IMG/VR virus record: IMGVR_UViG_3300028394_002328
Span: 248,001-312,000 of that record
Length of the DNA stretch: 64,000 nt
Strand: one strand, 5' to 3'
Part shown: positions 29,505 to 37,192 of the stretch, in pieces
Position numbering within the stretch: position 1 is the stretch's first letter
Layout of the letters: every line of letters starts with the position of its first letter
Notes under the pieces: model-generated
The model's database searches: none
The model's input: the letters and a program-made list of their open reading frames with translations, nothing else
What the model was told of the DNA's origin: nothing
Program-made: the position numbers and the translations under genes

Positions 29505-30449
29505 TATAGGAACCCATTGTTCTCTTAGTTGAGTCATACTATTTTTAAAACCAGCAGGTGTTAATTCTCTTTCTTCTATAAACATATAATTTTGATCAAA
29601 AAACTTTTTGGCTTCAACAGATCGTATTGTACGAGAAAAGTTTCCCACATACCATTTAACTATGTCCTGATCAGTGCCTTTGGGCAATATGATACCCCAA
29701 GCTGCATATACATTCATTCCCGGCACCCATCGATTCATCAACGGAGCATCAATTCCTACTAAAGGTTTTTCTCCGCATATACTAATGAATTTAATTTTTC
29801 CACTAGATAACAATGTAGCGGCTACCGCAGTAGGGACAATACCAAACTCAACATGACCTCCGGCAACGTCTTGTGCGGCTTGAGCAGGGCCTTTATATCC
29901 CACAGTCTTTACTAATTCACTAACTTTGACCTTTGTGGACATATATTCAAATGCTAATTTATGAGCACCGCTACCAGCAGCAAAAGTAATAGGTTTGTCA
30001 GTATTTTTAATTCTTTCTAATAATTCAGGCACACTATTAACGGTGCTACCACTATAAGCAATAATAGCTAGCGGGCTTTTAGCAATAGTAACTACATATT
30101 CAAAATCATCTAATGTATATTTTACAGCTGGTTTATTGAAGAATTCACTAGTGACCCAAATTCCTTGATGACTAGGCACATAGATATTATAGCCATCTGC
30201 GGGTTTTTTGATGAATTCATTCATGGCCACTACACCATCTGCACCTGGCTTATTTTCAATAACAAAATTAATTTTAGGATTTAACTTTTCTAATATACTA
30301 CTAACACCCCTAAAACTAATTTCATTACCCGACCCAGGTGCAAACCCTACAAGAACATTTATTGGTTTTGTAGGCTCCCAAGCATATGCTGATACCGACA
30401 AACAAGTTAATACAATTATTTTAACAATGTTACTAAAACATCTGACCAT
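29481..30449 (-). CDS. Bug/TctC tripartite tricarboxylate transporter substrate-binding protein
   Basis: Signal peptide, VGFAPGSG, ENKPGADG, YKG..AAQDVAGGHV. Confidence 0.88.
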   Translation of the reverse strand: MVRCFSNIVKIIVLTCLSVSAYAWEPTKPINVLVGFAPGSGNEISFRGVSSILEKLNPKINFVIENKPGADGVVAMNEFIKKPADGYNIYVPSHQGIWVTSEFFNKPAVKYTLDDFEYVVTIAKSPLAIIAYSGSTVNSVPELLERIKNTDKPITFAAGSGAHKLAFEYMSTKVKVSELVKTVGYKGPAQAAQDVAGGHVEFGIVPTAVAATLLSSGKIKFISICGEKPLVGIDAPLMNRWVPGMNVYAAWGIILPKGTDQDIVKWYVGNFSRTIRSVEAKKFFDQNYMFIEERELTPAGFKNSMTQLREQWVPILQNFKID

Positions 30450-31006
30450 TTGTTTTTTATCTCTATAGTTTGATTAAAGTTATATTCAATCCAACTTGTT
30501 GTAAAATAATTCCAAGTTAGATTATGTTTATATGCAAATTCTAATATATGAGAATTCTGATTACTTATCTCCCCTAACATATTGGTACTATTTTTATACC
30601 AAGTGTAATCGGGATATTTAATATTAAATCCACCTGCTTCATGCCACCAAGCATAACTAGACATGTCTGGTCTATAAATTAACATTATCCAATCATTAGG
30701 AAAAAATGTTTTTACGTCATCTAAGATATATGCCCAATTATGACTTTTGATTAGCCTTGTACCATCTAAACTCGACCATGCTTGATCTATATACTCAGCA
30801 TCAAGTATTGCATCGAATTCCATGTGTCGCCCAAAGTATGCACCCTTATGTCCACTAAATCCATTATGACTATATTCTCTCTCAGAGGTGCGATCACTAA
30901 TATTAAATCCATCAAGACTTTCAATAGTCTGCGCTATTCCGCTCCACCGACTTCCAGGCACACCAGTAAAAAATATTCTTTTAGGAAGTTCTATGCCATT
31001 CTGCAT
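30416..31006 (-). CDS. P-loop/sulfotransferase-like hypothetical protein
   Basis: FTGVPGSRWSG, IKSH, LIYR. Confidence 0.55.
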   Translation of the reverse strand: MQNGIELPKRIFFTGVPGSRWSGIAQTIESLDGFNISDRTSEREYSHNGFSGHKGAYFGRHMEFDAILDAEYIDQAWSSLDGTRLIKSHNWAYILDDVKTFFPNDWIMLIYRPDMSSYAWWHEAGGFNIKYPDYTWYKNSTNMLGEISNQNSHILEFAYKHNLTWNYFTTSWIEYNFNQTIEIKNKWSDVLVTLLK

Positions 31007-31514
31007 ACAATCTAGGCCTTGTTAAATGTTCATCTATTTTTTCTACTGTTTGAACATAATTGTGCTTTTTGGCAAATACATTTAATTTATCAAATGTCCA
31101 TGGGAAAAAAGGAATATCTAAACACTGTTTATTATCGTGGTCACGACGACCTGGATTTAATCTCCAATATATTCTTGATGAAGGAGTTAAACAACTTACT
31201 ACTTTTTCAATTTGGCGTTCAATGATTTCACTAGTGCCGAAATTAATACTACCTAAGCAAGTAGCAACATCAAACAACCTATTTGGTTCATATTCTTCTA
31301 TGGTACATTTATAGTCAGCCTGAGCAAACGCAGGATCTATACCTATAACATTTTTTACTAAGGACTTAAAAGGATTAGCCCCACATCCTACATCTAACAA
31401 CCATTCATCATCATTGATGAAAGTTGATATTCTTGCAGGGCTAGTCAATCCTCTTGAGTCACCTGATACCCAATGTTTAGAAAAATATTCATTTAAAAAT
31501 TTTTGATTATGCAT
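30981..31514 (-). CDS. class I SAM-dependent methyltransferase
   Basis: LLDVGCG, IGID, FDVATCLGSINF. Confidence 0.8.
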   Translation of the reverse strand: MHNQKFLNEYFSKHWVSGDSRGLTSPARISTFINDDEWLLDVGCGANPFKSLVKNVIGIDPAFAQADYKCTIEEYEPNRLFDVATCLGSINFGTSEIIERQIEKVVSCLTPSSRIYWRLNPGRRDHDNKQCLDIPFFPWTFDKLNVFAKKHNYVQTVEKIDEHLTRPRLYAEWHRTS

Positions 31515-31576
31515 TTAATCATTTACCGCGATTAGAAAAATATTTATTATTTTATCTATACGCGGAAAATATTATT

Positions 31577-31641
31577 TGGAAGTGCGGGTGGGGTTCGCAC
31601 CCACTGCAATCCGTTCTATTGGACTACGTTGGCACCGCACT
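31577..31641 (-). ncRNA. 65-nt D-armless tRNA-like RNA with CCA end
   Basis: 7-bp acceptor stem, 5-bp T-stem with 7-nt loop, 7-bp central stem, U-CCA. Confidence 0.75.
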
Positions 31642-31646
31642 ATATT

Positions 31647-31672
31647 TGGCGCACCGTAGGGGACTTGAACCA
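31647..31672 (-). pseudogene. 3' fragment of a tRNA gene
   Basis: GGTTCAAGTCCCCTACGGTGCGCCA with no matching 5' half. Confidence 0.65.
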
Positions 31673-31684
31673 TCATGCATGATT

Positions 31685-31759
31685 TGGCGGTCCCAAGGGG
31701 TAACGATCCCCTTCTTTCAGCGTGACAGGCTGATGTGCGTCCATGAACACTTTGAGACC
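31685..31759 (-). tRNA. tRNA-Asp (GTC) with atypical T-loop
   Basis: Cloverleaf, CCA; T-loop ATCGTTA. Confidence 0.85.
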
Positions 31760-32187
31760 TAACTCAATCTACTGCCAATGGGCATTCTACCATTACGAAT
31801 GTCATTGCCCAACTTAGCAGCCTCTTTAATTCTTTGTTTGCCCTCGTCGCTAGCATTCTTGACACCCCAAGTTTCAGTTTGAGTATGACAATTAGGACAA
31901 AGATAACGATAATTTTCTAGTCTATCGTTTTTGTTGTTTCCGTCAATGTGGTCAATCTGAAGTCGTATCGGCTTGCCGTTATATTCAGATATACCACATT
32001 CAGTACATTTGTACTCGGTGAATCTTCTAAAATATGAAAGTGCGTTTGACTTAGTGTAAATACCACTTTCAATCTTTTCTTTTAATACATGTTGTATACC
32101 ACATTCATTACAGCAATATTTGCCCTTACTTTGAGAGGGGTGCCACATAAATTTGGTATCGCAGTTTAAGCAGTTCTTTTTCGGCAT
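31759..32187 (-). CDS. HNH endonuclease with Zn fingers (homing-endonuclease-like)
   Basis: CTECG...IDHIDGN...NYRYLCPNCHTQT. Confidence 0.88.
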   Translation of the reverse strand: MPKKNCLNCDTKFMWHPSQSKGKYCCNECGIQHVLKEKIESGIYTKSNALSYFRRFTEYKCTECGISEYNGKPIRLQIDHIDGNNKNDRLENYRYLCPNCHTQTETWGVKNASDEGKQRIKEAAKLGNDIRNGRMPIGSRLS

Positions 32188-32231
32188 AGGTTAGTCCTTT
32201 GATAAAGTATTTATCACTCTAACCTAGAAAT

Positions 32232-32310
32232 TGCGCTAACGGTGCATATACTGACAGGCTTTACACCTGATTGGACATTTGCTAGCGCACTCAGTCTAAT
32301 GTCTAAATCA
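32232..32310 (-). ncRNA. candidate pseudoknotted small RNA in the tRNA-Gln trailer
   Basis: Four helices, two of them crossing. Confidence 0.55.
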
Positions 32311-32316
32311 TCAACT

Positions 32317-32390
32317 TGGCAGGGGTATAGGGATTCGAACCCCAACGAACGGAATCAAAATCCGGTATGCTACCATTACATCATACCCCA
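32317..32390 (-). tRNA. tRNA-Gln (TTG)
   Basis: Cloverleaf, CCA. Confidence 0.92.
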
Positions 32391-32397
32391 ATTGTCT

Positions 32398-32474
32398 TGG
32401 TGGGTCCACCCGGACTCGAACCGGGAACTCTCAGATTAAAAGTCTGATACTCTGACCAATTGAGTTATGGACCC
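32398..32474 (-). tRNA. tRNA-Lys (TTT)
   Basis: Cloverleaf, CCA. Confidence 0.95.
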
Positions 32475-32481
32475 GAAAACT

Positions 32482-32557
32482 TGGCTCCCCGGGGTAGGAT
32501 CGAACTACCGACACCCTGATTAACAGTCAGGTGCAACTACCGCTGTGCTACCGAGGA
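32482..32557 (-). tRNA. tRNA-Asn (GTT), copy 1
   Basis: Cloverleaf, CCA. Confidence 0.92.
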
Positions 32558-32563
32558 ATAAAC

Positions 32564-32770
32564 TTACAACTCTACACGCTCACGAAAATAAGAGTCCCAA
32601 CCCTCTTCAGGGGGAGCTCCTATTACACGAGTTTCAACAAAAAATCGATAATCTCCAAAAGTTACAGTGTATTCACGGGCGGCGTCAACTGCCTGTGAAC
32701 GTGATTCATAGACACCAAGAACTTCTGTCCCTTCAGGACCTTCATCAGTGACTAGAACATATACTTGCAT
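32564..32770 (-). CDS. small hypothetical early protein
   Basis: AAGGA SD, own promoter. Confidence 0.7.
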   Translation of the reverse strand: MQVYVLVTDEGPEGTEVLGVYESRSQAVDAAREYTVTFGDYRFFVETRVIGAPPEEGWDSYFRERVEL

Positions 32771-32811
32771 GATAGTTCCTTTTCTGTTCGTTTTTTCTCA
32801 CTACAGAAACT

Positions 32812-32840
32812 ATTATACATACCTACCGATTAATTGTCAA
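32812..32840 (-). promoter_or_regulatory. sigma70-type early promoter
   Basis: TTGACA-17-TATAAT. Confidence 0.88.
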
Positions 32841-32878
32841 ACGCTTGTTGCTAGTTGTTTTTTAGCAACAGTGATATT

Positions 32879-32954
32879 TGGTGCCTCCACTTGGACTTGA
32901 ACCAAGGACTTCCACCTTATCAAGGTGATACTCTACCAACTGAGTTATAGAGGC
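32879..32954 (-). tRNA. tRNA-Ile (GAT)
   Basis: Cloverleaf, CCA. Confidence 0.93.
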
Positions 32955-32958
32955 AATT

Positions 32959-33036
32959 TGGTCGGGGATGCAGGATTCGAACCTGCGACCTTCTGCTCCC
33001 AAAGCAGACCGTCTAACCGGACTGACGTAATCCCCG
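32959..33036 (-). tRNA. tRNA-Pro (TGG)
   Basis: Cloverleaf, CCA. Confidence 0.93.
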
Positions 33037-33043
33037 AATTCTA

Positions 33044-33117
33044 TGGCTCCGGTGGATGGAATCGAACCACCACTAGCGGTTTTGGAGACCGCCGCACTGC
33101 CATTATACTACACCGGA
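33044..33117 (-). tRNA. tRNA-Trp (CCA)
   Basis: Cloverleaf, CCA end. Confidence 0.9.
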
Positions 33118-33123
33118 ATTGTT

Positions 33124-33209
33124 TGGTGGAGTGTACTGGGATCGAACCAGTCGTGCCATAAAGACGGCGGATTTACAGTCCACTGCATCACCATTGATGC
33201 TTCCACTCC
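33124..33209 (-). tRNA. tRNA-Tyr (GTA)
   Basis: Long variable arm, CCA. Confidence 0.92.
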
Positions 33210-33275
33210 ATATTGAAACACACTTTTTAGTTCTTTCGACCTCTCCGCGTTCGGTAAAGGTAATGTGTTTTAATA

Positions 33276-33351
33276 TGGCGCGACTGGAGAGATTCGAACT
33301 CCCGACAGACCGGGTAGAAGCCGGATACTCTATCCACTGAGTTACAGTCGC
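33276..33351 (-). tRNA. tRNA-Arg (TCT)
   Basis: Cloverleaf, CCA. Confidence 0.93.
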
Positions 33352-33355
33352 AATA

Positions 33356-33431
33356 TGGCTCCTCGACCTGGGCTCGAACCAGGGACCAACGGATTAACAG
33401 TCCGGCACTCTACCAACTGAGCTATCGAGGA
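33356..33431 (-). tRNA. tRNA-Asn (GTT), copy 2
   Basis: Cloverleaf, CCA. Confidence 0.95.
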
Positions 33432-34240
33432 AAAAATTTTGTAAATGTGTTATTTAATAACGTTGTATTTAAACCTCTAAAACTTAAATATTCTATCAAG
33501 AAAGATAAACTATTATTATTTTCTTTAATACGCAAATTTCTATGTATTCCTAAAACAAAACTGTTTTCATATATCTTTTCTAAGACTTTTTCTGTAGGCA
33601 ATGAAGTTCGGTAATTCATAAACAACTTATTCATGCCGCTACTACAATGTAGTAATTCTGAATTAGGTAAAAACATATTATATAATGCAAACTCACTTGG
33701 CAATTCATCCTCAAAAAATAATGACGTATAATCAGTACAAATTATAGAATTGACTATAGATGTATTCATCTTATAAGGAGTCATGTAGTCAATATGAAGT
33801 TTTGGAATTTCTTTCTTATATTTTTTAGAAGTTTTTTCTAAAAAAACATCTACATCCATTCGTTTTTTGTTACCTTTATAATAAATGAACAAAGATCCAT
33901 TACCGTGAGGTACATTCCAATCAGTAAGAGTGAATGGCTTTATAAAAAAATTCTTACTATCTAATATCAAATAATTTTCAGTATTAATTTTTTTAGCAAT
34001 TTCTAATTTTAGAATTTGCTGTTGCCGCCAGCCAGATTGTAATACCAAATCATTTTGTATTAGTACTAATTTATGTCTAGTATAATACGGCGACAATGCC
34101 GATTGCCATTCACTTAATTCAATTTTAGTATCCTGAATTATAACGAAATGAGTTACATTGTCTATTACAAATTCCAAACTTGATGCTTGCAATAACATTG
34201 CATCAAAATCGGTACTAAAGGTAACAGTAACAAAATTCAT
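33422..34240 (-). CDS. DUF6492-like putative glycosyltransferase
   Basis: GWRQQQILKL, YLILDSKNFF, SEF..Y. Confidence 0.6.
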   Translation of the reverse strand: MNFVTVTFSTDFDAMLLQASSLEFVIDNVTHFVIIQDTKIELSEWQSALSPYYTRHKLVLIQNDLVLQSGWRQQQILKLEIAKKINTENYLILDSKNFFIKPFTLTDWNVPHGNGSLFIYYKGNKKRMDVDVFLEKTSKKYKKEIPKLHIDYMTPYKMNTSIVNSIICTDYTSLFFEDELPSEFALYNMFLPNSELLHCSSGMNKLFMNYRTSLPTEKVLEKIYENSFVLGIHRNLRIKENNNSLSFLIEYLSFRGLNTTLLNNTFTKFFPR

Positions 34241-34271
34241 ATTTAAATTACTGTCAGTAACGAGGGGCTAT

Positions 34272-34475
34272 CTATTTCATCAAAACCATTACTTTTTCAA
34301 AAGTTTCCTCAACTTCCCATGTACCGTGGGGAGGAGCAAACACAAAAGTAACTTCTTCTGATGTTCCATCTTCACGCAAGATAGTGCTTCTATGTACCGT
34401 TGCAATCAAATCTTTTCTAATTGCGACTTTTTTCCCTTTATGTGCGGGGTTAGCGTTGGTGAGTTTAATAAACAT
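34272..34475 (-). CDS. small FlbD-like protein
   Basis: MFIKLT...DLIATV...WEVEETFEKV. Confidence 0.55.
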   Translation of the reverse strand: MFIKLTNANPAHKGKKVAIRKDLIATVHRSTILREDGTSEEVTFVFAPPHGTWEVEETFEKVMVLMK

Positions 34476-34497
34476 TGTATTTTCTTTTAAAGTAAAT

Positions 34498-34573
34498 TGG
34501 TGCCCCCTGACGGATTCGAACCGCCGACCTACTGATTACAAATCAGTTGCGCTACCAGCTGTGCCAAGAGGGC
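34498..34573 (-). tRNA. tRNA-Thr (TGT)
   Basis: Cloverleaf, CCA. Confidence 0.95.
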
Positions 34574-34597
34574 GTGTTAATATTTAATTAGTATACA

Positions 34598-35158
34598 CTA
34601 ACTCAATAAAATTCTACTATGTTTTGGTAATCCTGCTCTTAAATAATCCATCTGATCAGCCAAAATATTACGATTTTGTAATATCATATTTTCAAAATGG
34701 TTTGGCACATATGGAACATATAGTAGTTCCATTCTTGCCTCTTTAAGAGTTTTACACCCTTTCATAGCGTTACAATCTTTACATGCGGTAACTACATTCA
34801 TCCATACATTTTCCCCACCTTTGCTTTTGGGGATAATATGGTCTCTGCTTAGGCTGTTAACATTGGGAAAATAATCACCACAATATGCACAGATATGTCT
34901 ATCTCTACCAAACAATGTTCTATTGCCTAGTGCTACTTTACTATGCTTAGTTGGATTAAATCCATGTCCTTTGATAGCAATAATTGATTGAGTTTCAATG
35001 TAACTTAGTTCGCCATTGCGTTGAATTCCACCACGATATTTAGCCACAATTTCACCCATAGTCCATGCAACACTTTTGGTTGCATGGTAAAGAATTGCGT
35101 TATCATATGAAATCCACTGTCGGGGCGTTCCCGATATATCCAGTGCTAAAACTGACAT
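34598..35158 (-). CDS. HNH endonuclease (McrA-like, betaproteobacterial type)
   Basis: RDRHICAYCG, RDHIIPKSKGG, NVVTACKDCN. Confidence 0.9.
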   Translation of the reverse strand: MSVLALDISGTPRQWISYDNAILYHATKSVAWTMGEIVAKYRGGIQRNGELSYIETQSIIAIKGHGFNPTKHSKVALGNRTLFGRDRHICAYCGDYFPNVNSLSRDHIIPKSKGGENVWMNVVTACKDCNAMKGCKTLKEARMELLYVPYVPNHFENMILQNRNILADQMDYLRAGLPKHSRILLS

Positions 35159-35262
35159 TAAAAACTCCTTGTTACTAACTATTTACAGTATGATCAATTT
35201 GGTAGAAATATCTATATGATACGTACCGCATTATACTAAATATATCTACGCTATAGAATCCA

Positions 35263-35451
35263 TTAGCGCATACTATCAAGTTTACTTTCTGGTATTTTTT
35301 TAAGAGAATCTTTGCGAACCAAACAATCTCTTTGAGTACCATATTTAAACACACGCAAATATTCAATGCCATCAATCAACCTAATGTCGTTAGGGTTCTT
35401 GCATGAATATTTTTCTTTATTAACTAAATTTTCAAAATATGTTGTTTTCAT
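35263..35451 (-). CDS. small hypothetical protein
   Basis: AAGGAG SD. Confidence 0.7.
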   Translation of the reverse strand: MKTTYFENLVNKEKYSCKNPNDIRLIDGIEYLRVFKYGTQRDCLVRKDSLKKIPESKLDSMR

Positions 35452-35658
35452 GATTACTCCTTAATATGAACACTCTGGGGCCTCGCCTTACCAGGGCAAG
35501 CCTATGTCCGTCCCAAAGTGTGTAGTAAAACATACTACATGTAATATGCTTTACTACTCGGTATTTTTCAAGCCACATTAGGCTTTTCATCCACCGCGCC
35601 GCCCGTTTCTCCGATTTATAGTGCGGAGTAGGTCCTCGTTACCTTACACTGTCTTTCA

Positions 35659-35687
35659 ATTGTATCTCAATCTTCCTTTTCTGTCAA
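35659..35687 (-). promoter_or_regulatory. sigma70-type promoter at the head of the tRNA region
   Basis: TTGACA-17-TACAAT. Confidence 0.85.
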
Positions 35688-35691
35688 CCAT

Positions 35692-35718
35692 AAAAAAACC
35701 TCGGAATATTCCGAGGTT
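35692..35718 (-). terminator. intrinsic terminator (attenuator)
   Basis: AACCTCGGA-ATAT-TCCGAGGTT followed by a U-tract. Confidence 0.88.
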
Positions 35719-35741
35719 CTGATAATTCGTATGTTTACTTG

Positions 35742-35837
35742 TTATCCAAACCTCGGAGTAGCCCTTCTATCAGATGTGGGATAGGCTGTCTCCAATGACC
35801 ATGATTTAATATAGGTTGATAAGAAACAAGTTTTCAT
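35742..35837 (-). CDS. putative leader peptide, 31 aa (not in ORF track)
   Basis: MKTCFLSTYIKSWSLETAYPTSDRRATPRFG*; TAAATA 5 nt upstream; 3' end overlaps the antiterminator arm. Confidence 0.7.
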   Translation of the reverse strand: MKTCFLSTYIKSWSLETAYPTSDRRATPRFG

Positions 35838-35871
35838 AAAGCTATTTATCCCTAATTATTATTTTAAATAA

Positions 35872-36474
35872 TTACCAACTAGCTAATACACAATATCTAG
35901 TATATACTTCTAATGGTAATGTCCAATCATCTTCTATTTTAAATCCACGAGATACTAATTCTTTTATCAAAGGCTCGGTACTAGTAACAGTATTAATATG
36001 AGTATCTATTTGAAAATCTGTACTTTGTAAATAAACATATCCTGATTCATACTTTTTAAAGTTTAACCAATCATAATTCATATGCTCACATGAGGTATTA
36101 ACTATCAAGGTATTGTTCTTAATATTATCTTCCCAAGTATTACATTGCGTTGCATCGGCAATTATTGATTTAAAATCCCAATCATAGTTTAATTTTCTAC
36201 TGAAATTAGCCCAAAAATGATCTAGTTCAATTCCTATAGCACTTTTGATAATATCATGTTCATGTAACATATGGGGCAGCATACCATGCCACTGCCCCAT
36301 AAAGATACAATAATAATCAGTTAAATTAGATAGGTGTTTAACCGCGCCAATCTTACTATGCAATTGTGAGTAAGTTAACCCATGTCTTAGATGCCTATGT
36401 GTGGCTTCATCAACATTTAAACCCCATTCACTAACTTGCATGAGTCTCCCAATTGAATTGGCTAGTTTTTCCAT
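35872..36474 (-). CDS. methyltransferase-like protein
   Basis: IFMGQWHG, GIELD, NTSCEHM, LQS. Confidence 0.6.
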   Translation of the reverse strand: MEKLANSIGRLMQVSEWGLNVDEATHRHLRHGLTYSQLHSKIGAVKHLSNLTDYYCIFMGQWHGMLPHMLHEHDIIKSAIGIELDHFWANFSRKLNYDWDFKSIIADATQCNTWEDNIKNNTLIVNTSCEHMNYDWLNFKKYESGYVYLQSTDFQIDTHINTVTSTEPLIKELVSRGFKIEDDWTLPLEVYTRYCVLASW

Positions 36475-36520
36475 ATACTATATTTAATATATGAGCTAGG
36501 TTTAATAATATAAATATTGT

Positions 36521-37192
36521 ATGCCAAAAATAAATTATTTTTTAGATTCATACAAATATTTTTGCCAATTAAACCAAGATCCAATCACAGGTTCCGTATT
36601 AGACTATGGCTGTAACTATGGAATGTTTTTAGAAAGTAGCAGAAGTTTATTCTCTGAAAACATGTATACTGGTATAGATGTAGACTTAGAGGCATTGCAA
36701 GCTGGTAAGAAAATGTTTCCAAATGCAAAATTTATTCATTATGACAAACATAATTTTATGTACAACCCAACCGGGTCTAGAAGCCTTTGGCCTGACATTA
36801 ATGAACAATTTGATTGTATTATAAGTTATAGTGTCATAACACATACCACAAAAGAAGACATGTTAGATGCTATTGCCTGGCTCTATACTAAGTTGAAATC
36901 AGATAAAAAAATGTTTATTACTTGGTTAGATCAAGAAAATAAAATAGCATTAGCTTACTTTTATCAAAAACGTATGAAAGATTTTGGTAGTTGTGATAGG
37001 ATTCAAACAGAAGATTACGTTTATCTCATTGACAATAAAACATCCAAAGTACCCAATGATGGGATGTTTTTAGCTTTTTACAAAAAAGAATATTTGGCTA
37101 GCTTGTTGTCCGATTATGATTTTTCTTTAGAGCAATCACCTGATTTTACTAATAGATGTTTTCAAGACTGTATAATTATAAAGAAAATATAA
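36521..37192 (+). CDS. class I SAM-dependent methyltransferase
   Basis: VLDYGCNYG, GIDVD, YSVITH. Confidence 0.85.
   Translation: MPKINYFLDSYKYFCQLNQDPITGSVLDYGCNYGMFLESSRSLFSENMYTGIDVDLEALQAGKKMFPNAKFIHYDKHNFMYNPTGSRSLWPDINEQFDCIISYSVITHTTKEDMLDAIAWLYTKLKSDKKMFITWLDQENKIALAYFYQKRMKDFGSCDRIQTEDYVYLIDNKTSKVPNDGMFLAFYKKEYLASLLSDYDFSLEQSPDFTNRCFQDCIIIKKI

Noticed and set aside
32232-32316. HDV-like theta ribozyme
   Set aside because: No L3/P1.1 or J4/2 catalytic-C segment in the required order. Kept only as an unassigned pseudoknot.
31759-35158. IscB/HEARO or other RNA-guided nuclease
   Set aside because: Both HNH proteins are short and show no RuvC or PLMP motifs.
35558-35597. Hammerhead ribozyme (GGAUGA...GAAA around a hairpin)
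   Set aside because: The core is not CUGANGA and stem III with a cleavage triplet is missing.
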